Source of the DNA: a virus
Lineage: Duplodnaviria; Caudoviricetes
Virus record (IMG/VR): IMGVR_UViG_3300002307_000172
Span: 1-29,678 of that record
Strand: one strand, 5' to 3'
Length of the DNA stretch: 29,678 nt
Position 1 is the stretch's first letter; every line of letters begins with the position of its first letter. Of this stretch, positions 9,521 through 17,407 are shown piece by piece. The notes below the pieces were generated by a model. The model made no database searches. It had not been told where the DNA came from and saw nothing but the letters and a program-made list of their open reading frames with translations. Position numbers and translations under genes: made by a program.

Positions 9521-10365
9521 TATGTTCCCCAACTATTACCGAATAATGGTAAATGTAACCTGTCACTATACCGCAATCCGTTTCCTAAAGCCATTTCTGC
9601 TACAGACCTAGCATTTAGATTATAGACTTCATTAACCCCGCCTACCGGCATTAGATACACTGGACCAGTGAATCCTTCTGCACGATAGATATCGACGGTT
9701 TCAATTGCCTCATCAACGTCTTCTTCAGTAGAAACTACAAATTTAAGATATGTATATCCAATTTCTGCATAATCACAAACAATAGATGGAATAATTGCTT
9801 TATCTCGAGATTCCCCTGAGCAACTTAACTTAGCACTAACACTAAAGGTAAGATCGCGCCCATATGCCATTCTCTTCCATGTAAATAAGTATCTCTTAAA
9901 TTCGTCTGATAACCACTGTGTTCCATTTGTTTCAAATGTTAACCCTTTTAATTCTTGCATTACCGAATTCTCTAACAATTGGGGATACTCACGTTGCCAT
10001 CCTAGTAACGGTTCTCCTCCTGTGATTACAAGATGCTCGTCTTCCCATCGTTTAAACGGAAGAAGGTTTACAATCTTTTCAGCAATTTCGTTAGTCGCCA
10101 TTAACGGACTAAGATCTTTGAATTTTGGATGCCAACTTGCATAACTATCACAACCAGTTTCTGCAAGTGGAAGTGTATCATAATTCTTGTACGGCCCGTT
10201 TTCTGCAATTACATCTGCTTCTTTGCTAAGTTCGCCTTTAGACATACCGAATCCGCGACACTGAAAATTGCAACCATATGTTCGTAAGAAAACAGAAGGG
10301 ACGCCCATGTGACGCCCCTCACCTTGTATACTATAAAATAATTCTGATATTTTAATCTTATTCAT
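9520..10365 (-). CDS. queE: 7-carboxy-7-deazaguanine synthase (radical SAM)
   Basis: ELFYSIQGEG, VFLRTYGCNFQC...GCDS, VITGGEP, ETNGT, SVSAKL, LKFVV and RLH; adjacent to folE. Confidence 0.92.
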   Translation of the reverse strand: MNKIKISELFYSIQGEGRHMGVPSVFLRTYGCNFQCRGFGMSKGELSKEADVIAENGPYKNYDTLPLAETGCDSYASWHPKFKDLSPLMATNEIAEKIVNLLPFKRWEDEHLVITGGEPLLGWQREYPQLLENSVMQELKGLTFETNGTQWLSDEFKRYLFTWKRMAYGRDLTFSVSAKLSCSGESRDKAIIPSIVCDYAEIGYTYLKFVVSTEEDVDEAIETVDIYRAEGFTGPVYLMPVGGVNEVYNLNARSVAEMALGNGLRYSDRLHLPLFGNSWGT

Positions 10366-11048
10366 TATCTATGACCTTTCATCGATAAACAAATATCATA
10401 AAATTCTTTCTTGAGTGCAGGATCAGTTTCAAATGCCCCCTTCATAATTGCAGTTGTCATATCACTTTCGTGTTCCTTGACTCCTCGCATTGTCATACAG
10501 TGATGTTCTGCTTTTACTACAACGGCAATATGAGGAGTCTTAGCGTATTCTTGCAATGCTTGTGCAATTTGTGTAGTCATTTCTTCTTGAATTTGCGGGC
10601 GTTCACTAATATGATGCACGAGTCGATTGAATTTGCTCAAACCGATTACTTCTTGATCTGGAACAATACCAACCCAACATTTCCCTACAATATTTTGAAA
10701 GTGATGTGCGCAAGTGCTTCTTATTGAAATAGGACCAGTTGTGTACAAACTCTTATACCCCATATTTGGAAATGCAGTAACTTTTGGAACCGGGCGATAC
10801 CTTCCACTAAAAGTTTCATACACCATCATTTTAGCAACACGTCTTGCAGTATCGTGGGTATTATGATCGTGGTCAATGTCGATGATTAGTGAATCAAGGA
10901 CACCTTCAAACTTCCCTGCAACTTCGTCTACTAAAAGTGTTAATTCACCTTCTTGAATATAGTCTGCAATGTTATCATTACAATGAAATCTTTTATTGTC
11001 TAATACGATGCGCTGGCGAATTATATCGCTAATTAATTTATTATCCAT
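10365..11048 (-). CDS. folE: GTP cyclohydrolase I
   Basis: Zn ligands STCAHH and EHHCM; DTARRVAK, GLSKFNR, RPQIQE and MRGV. Confidence 0.95.
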   Translation of the reverse strand: MDNKLISDIIRQRIVLDNKRFHCNDNIADYIQEGELTLLVDEVAGKFEGVLDSLIIDIDHDHNTHDTARRVAKMMVYETFSGRYRPVPKVTAFPNMGYKSLYTTGPISIRSTCAHHFQNIVGKCWVGIVPDQEVIGLSKFNRLVHHISERPQIQEEMTTQIAQALQEYAKTPHIAVVVKAEHHCMTMRGVKEHESDMTTAIMKGAFETDPALKKEFYDICLSMKGHR

Positions 11049-11094
11049 GATTCTCTCTGATGATAATAAGGCAATGGATTGCCGTATTCTTATT

Positions 11095-11122
11095 AATATA
11101 CATTCTTATTTAGAAAAGTCAA
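11095..11122 (-). promoter_or_regulatory. putative folE promoter TTGACT-N16-TATATT (TG immediately before -10) with TAAATA in the spacer
   Basis: Read directly; the -35 overlaps the TGA of the small upstream ORF; spacer is 16 bp. Confidence 0.5.
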
Positions 11123-11283
11123 CGTTTATTTTCAACATTTCTTAATTCGTCTTCTAAATATTCGACATATTGACACATAACATCGATTTTATGTCCAGGT
11201 TCGCTAGACTGCTTAACAGTTTCGATGTCTTTTTTAACCTGTTCGATTTTATTTTTTAGTTGTTGTGCAGTTAGTTCAGACAT
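11119..11283 (-). CDS. small coiled-coil protein (54 aa), absent from the ORF track
   Basis: Hand-translated MSELTAQQLKNKIEQVKKDIETVKQSSEPGHKIDVMCQYVEYLEDELRNVENKR*; TAATG overlap with the PRTase stop. Confidence 0.75.
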   Translation of the reverse strand: MSELTAQQLKNKIEQVKKDIETVKQSSEPGHKIDVMCQYVEYLEDELRNVENKR

Positions 11284-11807
11284 TATTTCCACCATGATTC
11301 ATATGGAAAGTCGATCCACACATCTTCTTCGGCTTTATTGATTTCCATACTGCAAAAATCTATTTTTACTTTACAGTCACTGGATAAATTATCTACGAGG
11401 ACAGCGAATTTTACATTTTGTCCCCATACATGATTCCATCTTTCATCGCCTGGTAAACAACTACCTTTCCAATTTGACATCAACCAATTTAGAGTTGCAC
11501 CCGTATCATTTATGTCGTCAACTACTAAAATATTTTTACAAACTAGCTTGTCGATCTCGCCGTTATATCCGTATGCATCTTCGGACATCCAGCAAATAGT
11601 TTCACAATCGTCTTCATGGTCTCTAAGATTGATTTTTAAAGTGTACATTGGAATGTTAAGATAATGACTAATATATAATGCAGGCATTAGTCCCCCTCGT
11701 GTGATACCTACAATATAATCAGGCCTCCAATTGCTTTTTTCAATTTGATTACAAATATCTTGTACTAATTTCTTAAATTCTTTATGTTTAATTTGTCTTT
11801 TATTCAT
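11283..11807 (-). CDS. type I purine phosphoribosyltransferase (xanthine-guanine PRT-like)
   Basis: PDYIVGITRGGLMPA, PRPP loop ILVVDDINDTGATL and C-terminal WIDFPYE. Confidence 0.88.
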   Translation of the reverse strand: MNKRQIKHKEFKKLVQDICNQIEKSNWRPDYIVGITRGGLMPALYISHYLNIPMYTLKINLRDHEDDCETICWMSEDAYGYNGEIDKLVCKNILVVDDINDTGATLNWLMSNWKGSCLPGDERWNHVWGQNVKFAVLVDNLSSDCKVKIDFCSMEINKAEEDVWIDFPYESWWK

Positions 11808-12204
11808 CGGTTAACCTTTTCCAAGTTTTATATTTTTCAAGTTCTACATTATATTCTTCCCAAAGTTTTTTTAACTTAGGAAATTCATTTTCTATTTCTA
11901 TATCACGGGACGGAATATAAAGAAGTGTTTCAATAGTTTGTAAACGCTTCTCTAAATCTATGCCATTTATTACAATTGCTCCGTTTATAATTAATGCAGC
12001 ATTTGGTTCTATAATGACTTCGTTACTGTTAGATGGTATAGTCATAACAGGTTCACCAAGACTATTGTTAAAACTATGTTTGTTAACACCATGTTGTGTA
12101 GTGTTAACGGCGCCGCTGCCAGGTGCTAAAGTAACAGATGAAATAGTTCCATAAGGATATAATGAAACAGAATTTGTAAGGGTTGTTGTGTTACTTGTAT
12201 TCAT
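11800..12204 (-). CDS. hypothetical protein (134 aa)
   Basis: Thr/Ser/Asn-rich N-terminus and helical C-terminus; overlaps both neighbours. Confidence 0.7.
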   Translation of the reverse strand: MNTSNTTTLTNSVSLYPYGTISSVTLAPGSGAVNTTQHGVNKHSFNNSLGEPVMTIPSNSNEVIIEPNAALIINGAIVINGIDLEKRLQTIETLLYIPSRDIEIENEFPKLKKLWEEYNVELEKYKTWKRLTDE

Positions 12205-13306
12205 TTAGCAGCTCGATTAATCTTTCTGCTGAGAAAAAGTATTCTCGCAAGTTTTCTTTTTGGTCTTCTAATCGGTGGATCCTAGTACTATAAAATGTCA
12301 TATGATCTATGATTGTAGAACACAATGCTAATTTATACTCCTCGTACGATTTGAAAGTTTCGGTCCATTCACTTGGATATTTAAATGTTTCAAAATACAT
12401 TTCTGAATAACTAAGTCGATCAGGCACTAACGGAATTGCACCAACAATTGCACCCTCATACATACCAATACCGAGTGTTTCTTGTAAGTTAGCACTAAAA
12501 ACCATCTTCGCTTCACCTAACAGTTTATGATATTCGTCTTTAGATAAATTTTGTTCTTGACATACGACAAATTTATATTGTGGTAAACACTTTTCTAAAT
12601 CTTTAAAAATATCTAGTTGTTTTTCTGGTGCGATTCGATGCGGAAATAAAATTAAATCTTTTTTAAGCATATTCTTATATGGTGACAATGTTTCCTCCAT
12701 ATAATTCATCGGCCATCCTGTGCGAACAATTTTCTTATCTTTAACATAGTCATTGAGTATTTCTTTTGCCCAATCGTCTACTAAGATATAGCCGTCTTCT
12801 AACAGATTCTTAAAAAACATATCGATGTGAAAATCTGTAGCAAAGTAGTTATGATCAAAAGCATGGAAGAATGCCTTTTCTGCATGGCGCACCCAGGGTG
12901 CGTTTCCGATCAATCTTCCTAAGAAATCTTGCGGATCATAAGACCCTGCATGGAACATACCGTGTAATGTCCAGTTAAATCCTAATAGATCCTTTATATA
13001 TTTCAGTTGAATAATTGAAGGATTCCAGGCGTCTGTAAAAAGTATGTGATCGTTAGTAGACGTGTCTCCTCTATTATGATATTCTAAAAAATTACATAAT
13101 TGTGAACTCTTCCAGTAATTAGTATCTGAAAAATTTAAGAAAGCACCGGGAGTAAGTTGGCTATCTTTTTGAATTCCGTCTATCTGGACCACATTAAACT
13201 TATCGCCTACTTTCTTCTTAAGAAAGGTCGGAAAATGTTTGTGCCATTGTGCTGTGTATCTAGTTTCGATCGGCTCAATAGAGAAAATCCAAATTGTAGG
13301 TTTCAT
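12191..13306 (-). CDS. GT-B fold (GT4-like) glycosyltransferase
   Basis: FPHRIAPEKQ and the Ex7E motif QETLGIGMYEG followed by AIPLVP; SD GAGG. Confidence 0.8.
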   Translation of the reverse strand: MKPTIWIFSIEPIETRYTAQWHKHFPTFLKKKVGDKFNVVQIDGIQKDSQLTPGAFLNFSDTNYWKSSQLCNFLEYHNRGDTSTNDHILFTDAWNPSIIQLKYIKDLLGFNWTLHGMFHAGSYDPQDFLGRLIGNAPWVRHAEKAFFHAFDHNYFATDFHIDMFFKNLLEDGYILVDDWAKEILNDYVKDKKIVRTGWPMNYMEETLSPYKNMLKKDLILFPHRIAPEKQLDIFKDLEKCLPQYKFVVCQEQNLSKDEYHKLLGEAKMVFSANLQETLGIGMYEGAIVGAIPLVPDRLSYSEMYFETFKYPSEWTETFKSYEEYKLALCSTIIDHMTFYSTRIHRLEDQKENLREYFFSAERLIELLNEYK

Positions 13307-13348
13307 AACATACCTCTCGGTGCCATAATGTGTAAATATATGCTATTT

Positions 13349-13624
13349 TTAGTGCGATCGCGGTTTATGAACTCGTGCGCCGGGCTTGTTATTATTATGC
13401 CGGTTGTTGTTCCATGGGCGTTTTGTACCTTTTACTTCACGTTCGTAAATCTGCCAAACTCTTGCATGTTTATTATAAAGATCGCCTGGGTTGAAAGGCA
13501 ACAGTTCAATACGGCAAAAGTTAAGGAATGAATCGAGATCATCGAAGATCTTAACGATATCAGGACGACGTTCAAAATAAGTTTGCTTAGTTTGCTTGTT
13601 TGAATATCTCTCGTTAGTTGACAT
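13349..13624 (-). CDS. hypothetical protein (91 aa) with a basic Asn-rich tail
   Basis: ATG start; located within the modification cluster. Confidence 0.7.
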   Translation of the reverse strand: MSTNERYSNKQTKQTYFERRPDIVKIFDDLDSFLNFCRIELLPFNPGDLYNKHARVWQIYEREVKGTKRPWNNNRHNNNKPGARVHKPRSH

Positions 13625-13639
13625 TTTTATTATCTCTTA

Positions 13640-14014
13640 TTATAAAGTTGATGAAAATTTAATGAAGCAGCCATTCTCGCCATCTTCACTTACTTCGATC
13701 CAGTTTTCACGATCTGGATATCTTTCTGAAATGCTACTATTTAATTCTCTAGCAACCATTTCGCAAGATTTGTTGTCTAATTGAAGAGTATTACCCGTAT
13801 ACAAGTTCTCCAACCAGCGTTTAAATTGTATAAATTCGATATCTCTATCGTCATGGAAGACTTCGATCCATACTTTGAAACGGAACATGTGTCTATGAGG
13901 ATGTCCTAAAAATTTAACATCCTCGAGATCGAAATCAGTTAGCGCAGCAGGATACGAATGAATTCCTTCCTTTCTAAACGTTATCCAGATCATGTTAGTT
14001 TCTTCTCGGCTCAT
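13640..14014 (-). CDS. dpdL: T-fold QueD paralogue, DpdL-like (candidate CDG decarboxylase)
   Basis: EGIH, LGHPHRHMF (LxxxHRHxF in place of QueD CxxxHGH), DRDIEF, SCEM and EVSEDGENG. The motif-to-DpdL link is from recall and needs HMM confirmation. Start revised to 14014 because a promoter lies in the ORF's 5' extension. Confidence 0.6.
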   Translation of the reverse strand: MSREETNMIWITFRKEGIHSYPAALTDFDLEDVKFLGHPHRHMFRFKVWIEVFHDDRDIEFIQFKRWLENLYTGNTLQLDNKSCEMVARELNSSISERYPDRENWIEVSEDGENGCFIKFSSTL

Positions 14015-14042
14015 TTTTTTATTAGTAGTTAAATTATATTTT

Positions 14043-14071
14043 ATTGTACACAATGAATTGTAATACGTCAA
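14043..14071 (-). promoter_or_regulatory. sigma70-type promoter TTGACG-N17-TACAAT
   Basis: Read directly between the 174-aa gene's stop and the T-fold gene start. Confidence 0.7.
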
Positions 14072-14087
14072 CAAAAAAGAATGAATC

Positions 14088-14612
14088 TTATTTAATAATT
14101 TTATCATTTTTGTATTCATGCCACGATGTAAATTTCTTACGATCTTTCAGGTCGTGTAAACTATGACACCAAACTCCGGGATTTGTTTTATCGAAGCCCT
14201 TATCGTCAAATTTAATCATAGTGTTATAGTTCCAAAGTTGCATATACGGTAGCGAGATTCTAACTTGCGGAATAAAAAAACTATAACTGCATAAACTACT
14301 TTCGTGAAAATCTTCAGCTTTAGTAATTGGAATATCCAAAGAACATAGATACCCGTTTTCTAAAAAGTGCATGATCAGTTGATCCCATTGATCCCATTCA
14401 TCTTTCGTGTTGGGATTAAAACTGTGATTAGCACCAAAAAAGATATGATTAATTTCGTAAGTAGTTTTTGCAAGTGCTTGCTTAACATCATCGATAGGCT
14501 GAACACCTGTAACAAATAATGTGTCTAATCCGTATGCAGGAGTTTTTTCAACTTCTTTTCCTGTAAAAAATATAACTGCATCAGTTGTTCCGGTTGAATA
14601 ATTACGTTTCAT
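14088..14612 (-). CDS. unknown protein coupled to dpdA (174 aa)
   Basis: Overlaps the dpdA stop by 11 bp; enzyme-like motifs GKEVEKTPAYGLDTLFV, HIFFGANHSF and KFDDKGF..TNPGVW. Confidence 0.8.
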   Translation of the reverse strand: MKRNYSTGTTDAVIFFTGKEVEKTPAYGLDTLFVTGVQPIDDVKQALAKTTYEINHIFFGANHSFNPNTKDEWDQWDQLIMHFLENGYLCSLDIPITKAEDFHESSLCSYSFFIPQVRISLPYMQLWNYNTMIKFDDKGFDKTNPGVWCHSLHDLKDRKKFTSWHEYKNDKIIK

Positions 14613-16290
14613 TTTTAAGCTCTTCTTCTAATTGATTAAGTTTTGCAATCTGTTCTTCTGTAAATTCTTCGTCTGTTTGTTCCTCTTCACCAAATAATTG
14701 CGAAAAAGATGGATTAGCACTCATCAATCTTTTCCCAGTATTTCCTCTAGTTCCGATGATACGATCGAAGAATTCGTGATATTTTTCCACAACTGCTTCT
14801 GAATCGGCTCTACTATCTTTCGAAAAGATCTCATCGACGATTTTTCTAAAATATAATGGATATCCTAACCCACTAACGAGCATTGATGGATACACAGCAT
14901 TATCGTATTGCCGATTTGCTTCTTGCACAGCATTTAGGTGTGCCCATACGTTATGCCCCATTTGAATAGCATAGCTGAAACTATCCCATGACGTATTGCC
15001 TTCTTTACCGACTTTATTTAGGTCTCCTGGTGCATAGATACAAATATCTTTCATTAATACCTGATCGATCATGGGACTCGATTCAAAGTTTTTAAAAATC
15101 TTATCTTGAATTACGCCATCCTTAAATAATCGAGTATCGGTTGCGTATTTTTTGTTATCCGCACTCGGAACCATTCGATATACCCACTTAGATAATGGTG
15201 CAGTTTCAGTTTGAATATAGATTTGGCCATTTGCAGTTGCTAAAAACGGGCTTGCACAATCGAAACTAATCGTAAAGTTTGGATTATGGTATTTTCGAAC
15301 TGCTCGTTGTATATCAGTTAGCAAACATGCCCATTCTAATTTACTAGTACCGAGAAAATGCATCCAATCATGTTGCCCTTGTTCTAAGAAACCATCAAAT
15401 CTTAATGCTACTAACCTTCTTAGAATTAAATGGACATCACACATGTTTTGTCCGCCCATTGCCCAACCGTTAAATGCTTTATCGTCATAGATAGATGTAT
15501 CACAAAACTTTTTCATTTTTTGATACCAATCATCTGCTTGCCCGTGATCTTCGCCTTGCAACACATTGAGGAATTTACAGTTTCCGTTTCTATGTTTAAT
15601 GAAGTATTCATTATTATAGATAGTTGCAGCCACTGCATCGTCGTATTCACAAATACCGGTTGCAGCTTGTCCTTCTGGACTTCTACAAACCCATGCCGGA
15701 ATATCGAGGACCATACCGTAATCCATCAATGAATCCATCCATGCTAATACTTGTGTTCTTTTGAGGTGTGCCGCATCTATTTTTGATTGATATTCCTTGA
15801 CTCGATCGATCTTAACAACCTTAGGAGTTCCTTTCTTATTGAAAATCGGATTTCCATTGTTGTCTAATACTGGGACAGTTTCTACTCCTCTTGCGATACA
15901 CTCGGCCATCTTTGCTTGTACTTCTGGACTATTAGGATCTCTCCATTCGCCCTCCCATACACCTTTACCGATCTGGAAGCCACCTGAGTCTCCTAATACC
16001 CAACTAGTTGATCGGTCTCGATTACGAAACATGTCTTCTGATTCGTCGTTCTTTGTCAAGTCAAGATTTGCATGACCCGCCGAATACAAGCACCAGTTAT
16101 AATGAAATAAACCTTTTTGCGGTTCGAGATAGTTAAGGCTTTCAACATTGTTAATAAATGAAGTCGGCAATCGTGCAGGGTCTACGTAATTCCTATATCG
16201 TTGTTTTCCGATAAATGTGGCATAGAATCCAGAAGTTGCAGGTAAAAATACTGCATAGTCGTTCTGTGTTGCTGTTAAATTTTTATTCAT
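14602..16290 (-). CDS. dpdA: TGT-fold DNA-guanine transglycosylase (DpdA family)
   Basis: TGT catalytic motifs in order: GDSGGFQ, MVLDIP, NVLQG, AMGG, HFLG and SFDCAS. No obvious bacterial-TGT CxCxxC zinc site. Clustered with folE and queE. Confidence 0.8.
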   Translation of the reverse strand: MNKNLTATQNDYAVFLPATSGFYATFIGKQRYRNYVDPARLPTSFINNVESLNYLEPQKGLFHYNWCLYSAGHANLDLTKNDESEDMFRNRDRSTSWVLGDSGGFQIGKGVWEGEWRDPNSPEVQAKMAECIARGVETVPVLDNNGNPIFNKKGTPKVVKIDRVKEYQSKIDAAHLKRTQVLAWMDSLMDYGMVLDIPAWVCRSPEGQAATGICEYDDAVAATIYNNEYFIKHRNGNCKFLNVLQGEDHGQADDWYQKMKKFCDTSIYDDKAFNGWAMGGQNMCDVHLILRRLVALRFDGFLEQGQHDWMHFLGTSKLEWACLLTDIQRAVRKYHNPNFTISFDCASPFLATANGQIYIQTETAPLSKWVYRMVPSADNKKYATDTRLFKDGVIQDKIFKNFESSPMIDQVLMKDICIYAPGDLNKVGKEGNTSWDSFSYAIQMGHNVWAHLNAVQEANRQYDNAVYPSMLVSGLGYPLYFRKIVDEIFSKDSRADSEAVVEKYHEFFDRIIGTRGNTGKRLMSANPSFSQLFGEEEQTDEEFTEEQIAKLNQLEEELKNET

Positions 16291-16601
16291 CTTTTTTGTT
16301 TATAGTATGTAGTACTGTAATATGGCGGATTAGAGGGAATATTTACACTTCCGGTCATAGTGTAAGGAGGGGGTATGTACGTATGCTTAGATGTTTCTAA
16401 AGCACCCACACGTTGAGTCAACAGTTCAAAATCCTTAACTAATCTAGCCATTGGTCCGATAACCTTATCGGTATTCTCCGAATCAACTAATGATGCAACG
16501 ATCATTAACTTTTTAAATGCCTTTCTTATTTTAGGACTGTTTGATGTCATTGCTGTGTCGAACAATTCTACAAATCTTTCTAAATCGAAATCTTCGTCCA
16601 T
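16287..16601 (-). CDS. hypothetical protein (104 aa)
   Basis: SD AAGGA; ATGA coupling to dpdA. Confidence 0.75.
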   Translation of the reverse strand: MDEDFDLERFVELFDTAMTSNSPKIRKAFKKLMIVASLVDSENTDKVIGPMARLVKDFELLTQRVGALETSKHTYIPPPYTMTGSVNIPSNPPYYSTTYYKQKR

Positions 16602-16611
16602 GGTAGTATCC

Positions 16612-17346
16612 TTACTTTGCTTGTACAGGTAAAATGTAATTGTATTCTGCTAACCCGCTATCAACAGTGATCTGCATTGCACCTGGATTCTCTGAAATCT
16701 TAATTGTAATGTCGCCCGGTAATGACAGAATACTAATAGTCTGTGCCACCGGCCATGATAATATTTGTTTTAACTTTCCAGCATTTGGTTCAAACACAAA
16801 GGACCCAGCATGTGTACTAATATTACCAAAACTTAAAACTAAGTTATCATTATTAGTTGATGCCTTAAACATGAGTTCCTCGGAGTGTGCAGTCTGCTGG
16901 AATTTTAATCGTTGAATGCTAGACATGCTAGGTACAAAGTTAAGAGCCCATGATTCCGGCGTCTTATATTTTAATGACTTTAGCTTTTCGTCAACAAATT
17001 TTTGATACATAAATCTATAGTCATTTTGGAAATCACCGGATTCATTTATAAAGTGTAGTCCAGTTGGAATAACCTCACCGTCTCTTTCATCTTTGACTAC
17101 TGAAATAGTAGCGTTTGTTTTATATTCAGGGCACTTTAAGTGAATGTCTAATTTATTTAGGTTAGGCATTCCGAATACACTATCAAATTCTGGTACCAGT
17201 GACTTAGTCTTGCCTTGGATGACGACTGACCGATCATCAGCATTTGCTTCGATAATAGTTTCGCCGTTTACTGATGAGATCTTTACTAGCGAAATGAACC
17301 CAAGTGCATGGGTATGTGCTACTAAGTCTTGTAAAATATCTTTCAT
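16612..17346 (-). CDS. DNA polymerase sliding clamp (gp45/PCNA-like)
   Basis: 244 aa, next to polB, PCNA-like C-terminus AEYNYILP; SD GGAG. Confidence 0.7.
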   Translation of the reverse strand: MKDILQDLVAHTHALGFISLVKISSVNGETIIEANADDRSVVIQGKTKSLVPEFDSVFGMPNLNKLDIHLKCPEYKTNATISVVKDERDGEVIPTGLHFINESGDFQNDYRFMYQKFVDEKLKSLKYKTPESWALNFVPSMSSIQRLKFQQTAHSEELMFKASTNNDNLVLSFGNISTHAGSFVFEPNAGKLKQILSWPVAQTISILSLPGDITIKISENPGAMQITVDSGLAEYNYILPVQAK

Positions 17347-17366
17347 TTAATTCTCCATTTAATAAT

Positions 17367-17395
17367 ATTATAGTTAAGTTTTTGTCAAAAGTCAA
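17367..17395 (-). promoter_or_regulatory. sigma70-type promoter TTGACT-N17-TATAAT upstream of clamp-ORF-dpdA
   Basis: Read directly in the polB/clamp intergenic gap. Confidence 0.8.
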
Positions 17396-17407
17396 TAATT
17401 ATTCTTA

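Noticed and set aside
14015-14119. N-terminal extensions given by the ORF track (also 2780-2809, 4510-4569, 8066-8107, 20075-20113, 25386-25445)
   Set aside because: They run through promoters, hairpins or upstream genes; downstream ATGs have better SD or coupling.
15780-15950. Insertion after GDSGGFQ in DpdA as a possible intein or intron
   Set aside because: It is short and in frame, with no intein terminal motifs (C/S start, HN end) or endonuclease motif; more likely a surface loop.
14602-16290. Calling this a tRNA-guanine transglycosylase (tgt)
   Set aside because: It is longer and more divergent than bacterial TGT, lacks the obvious zinc motif and sits beside polymerase and clamp genes. 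A DNA target is more parsimonious but not proven.
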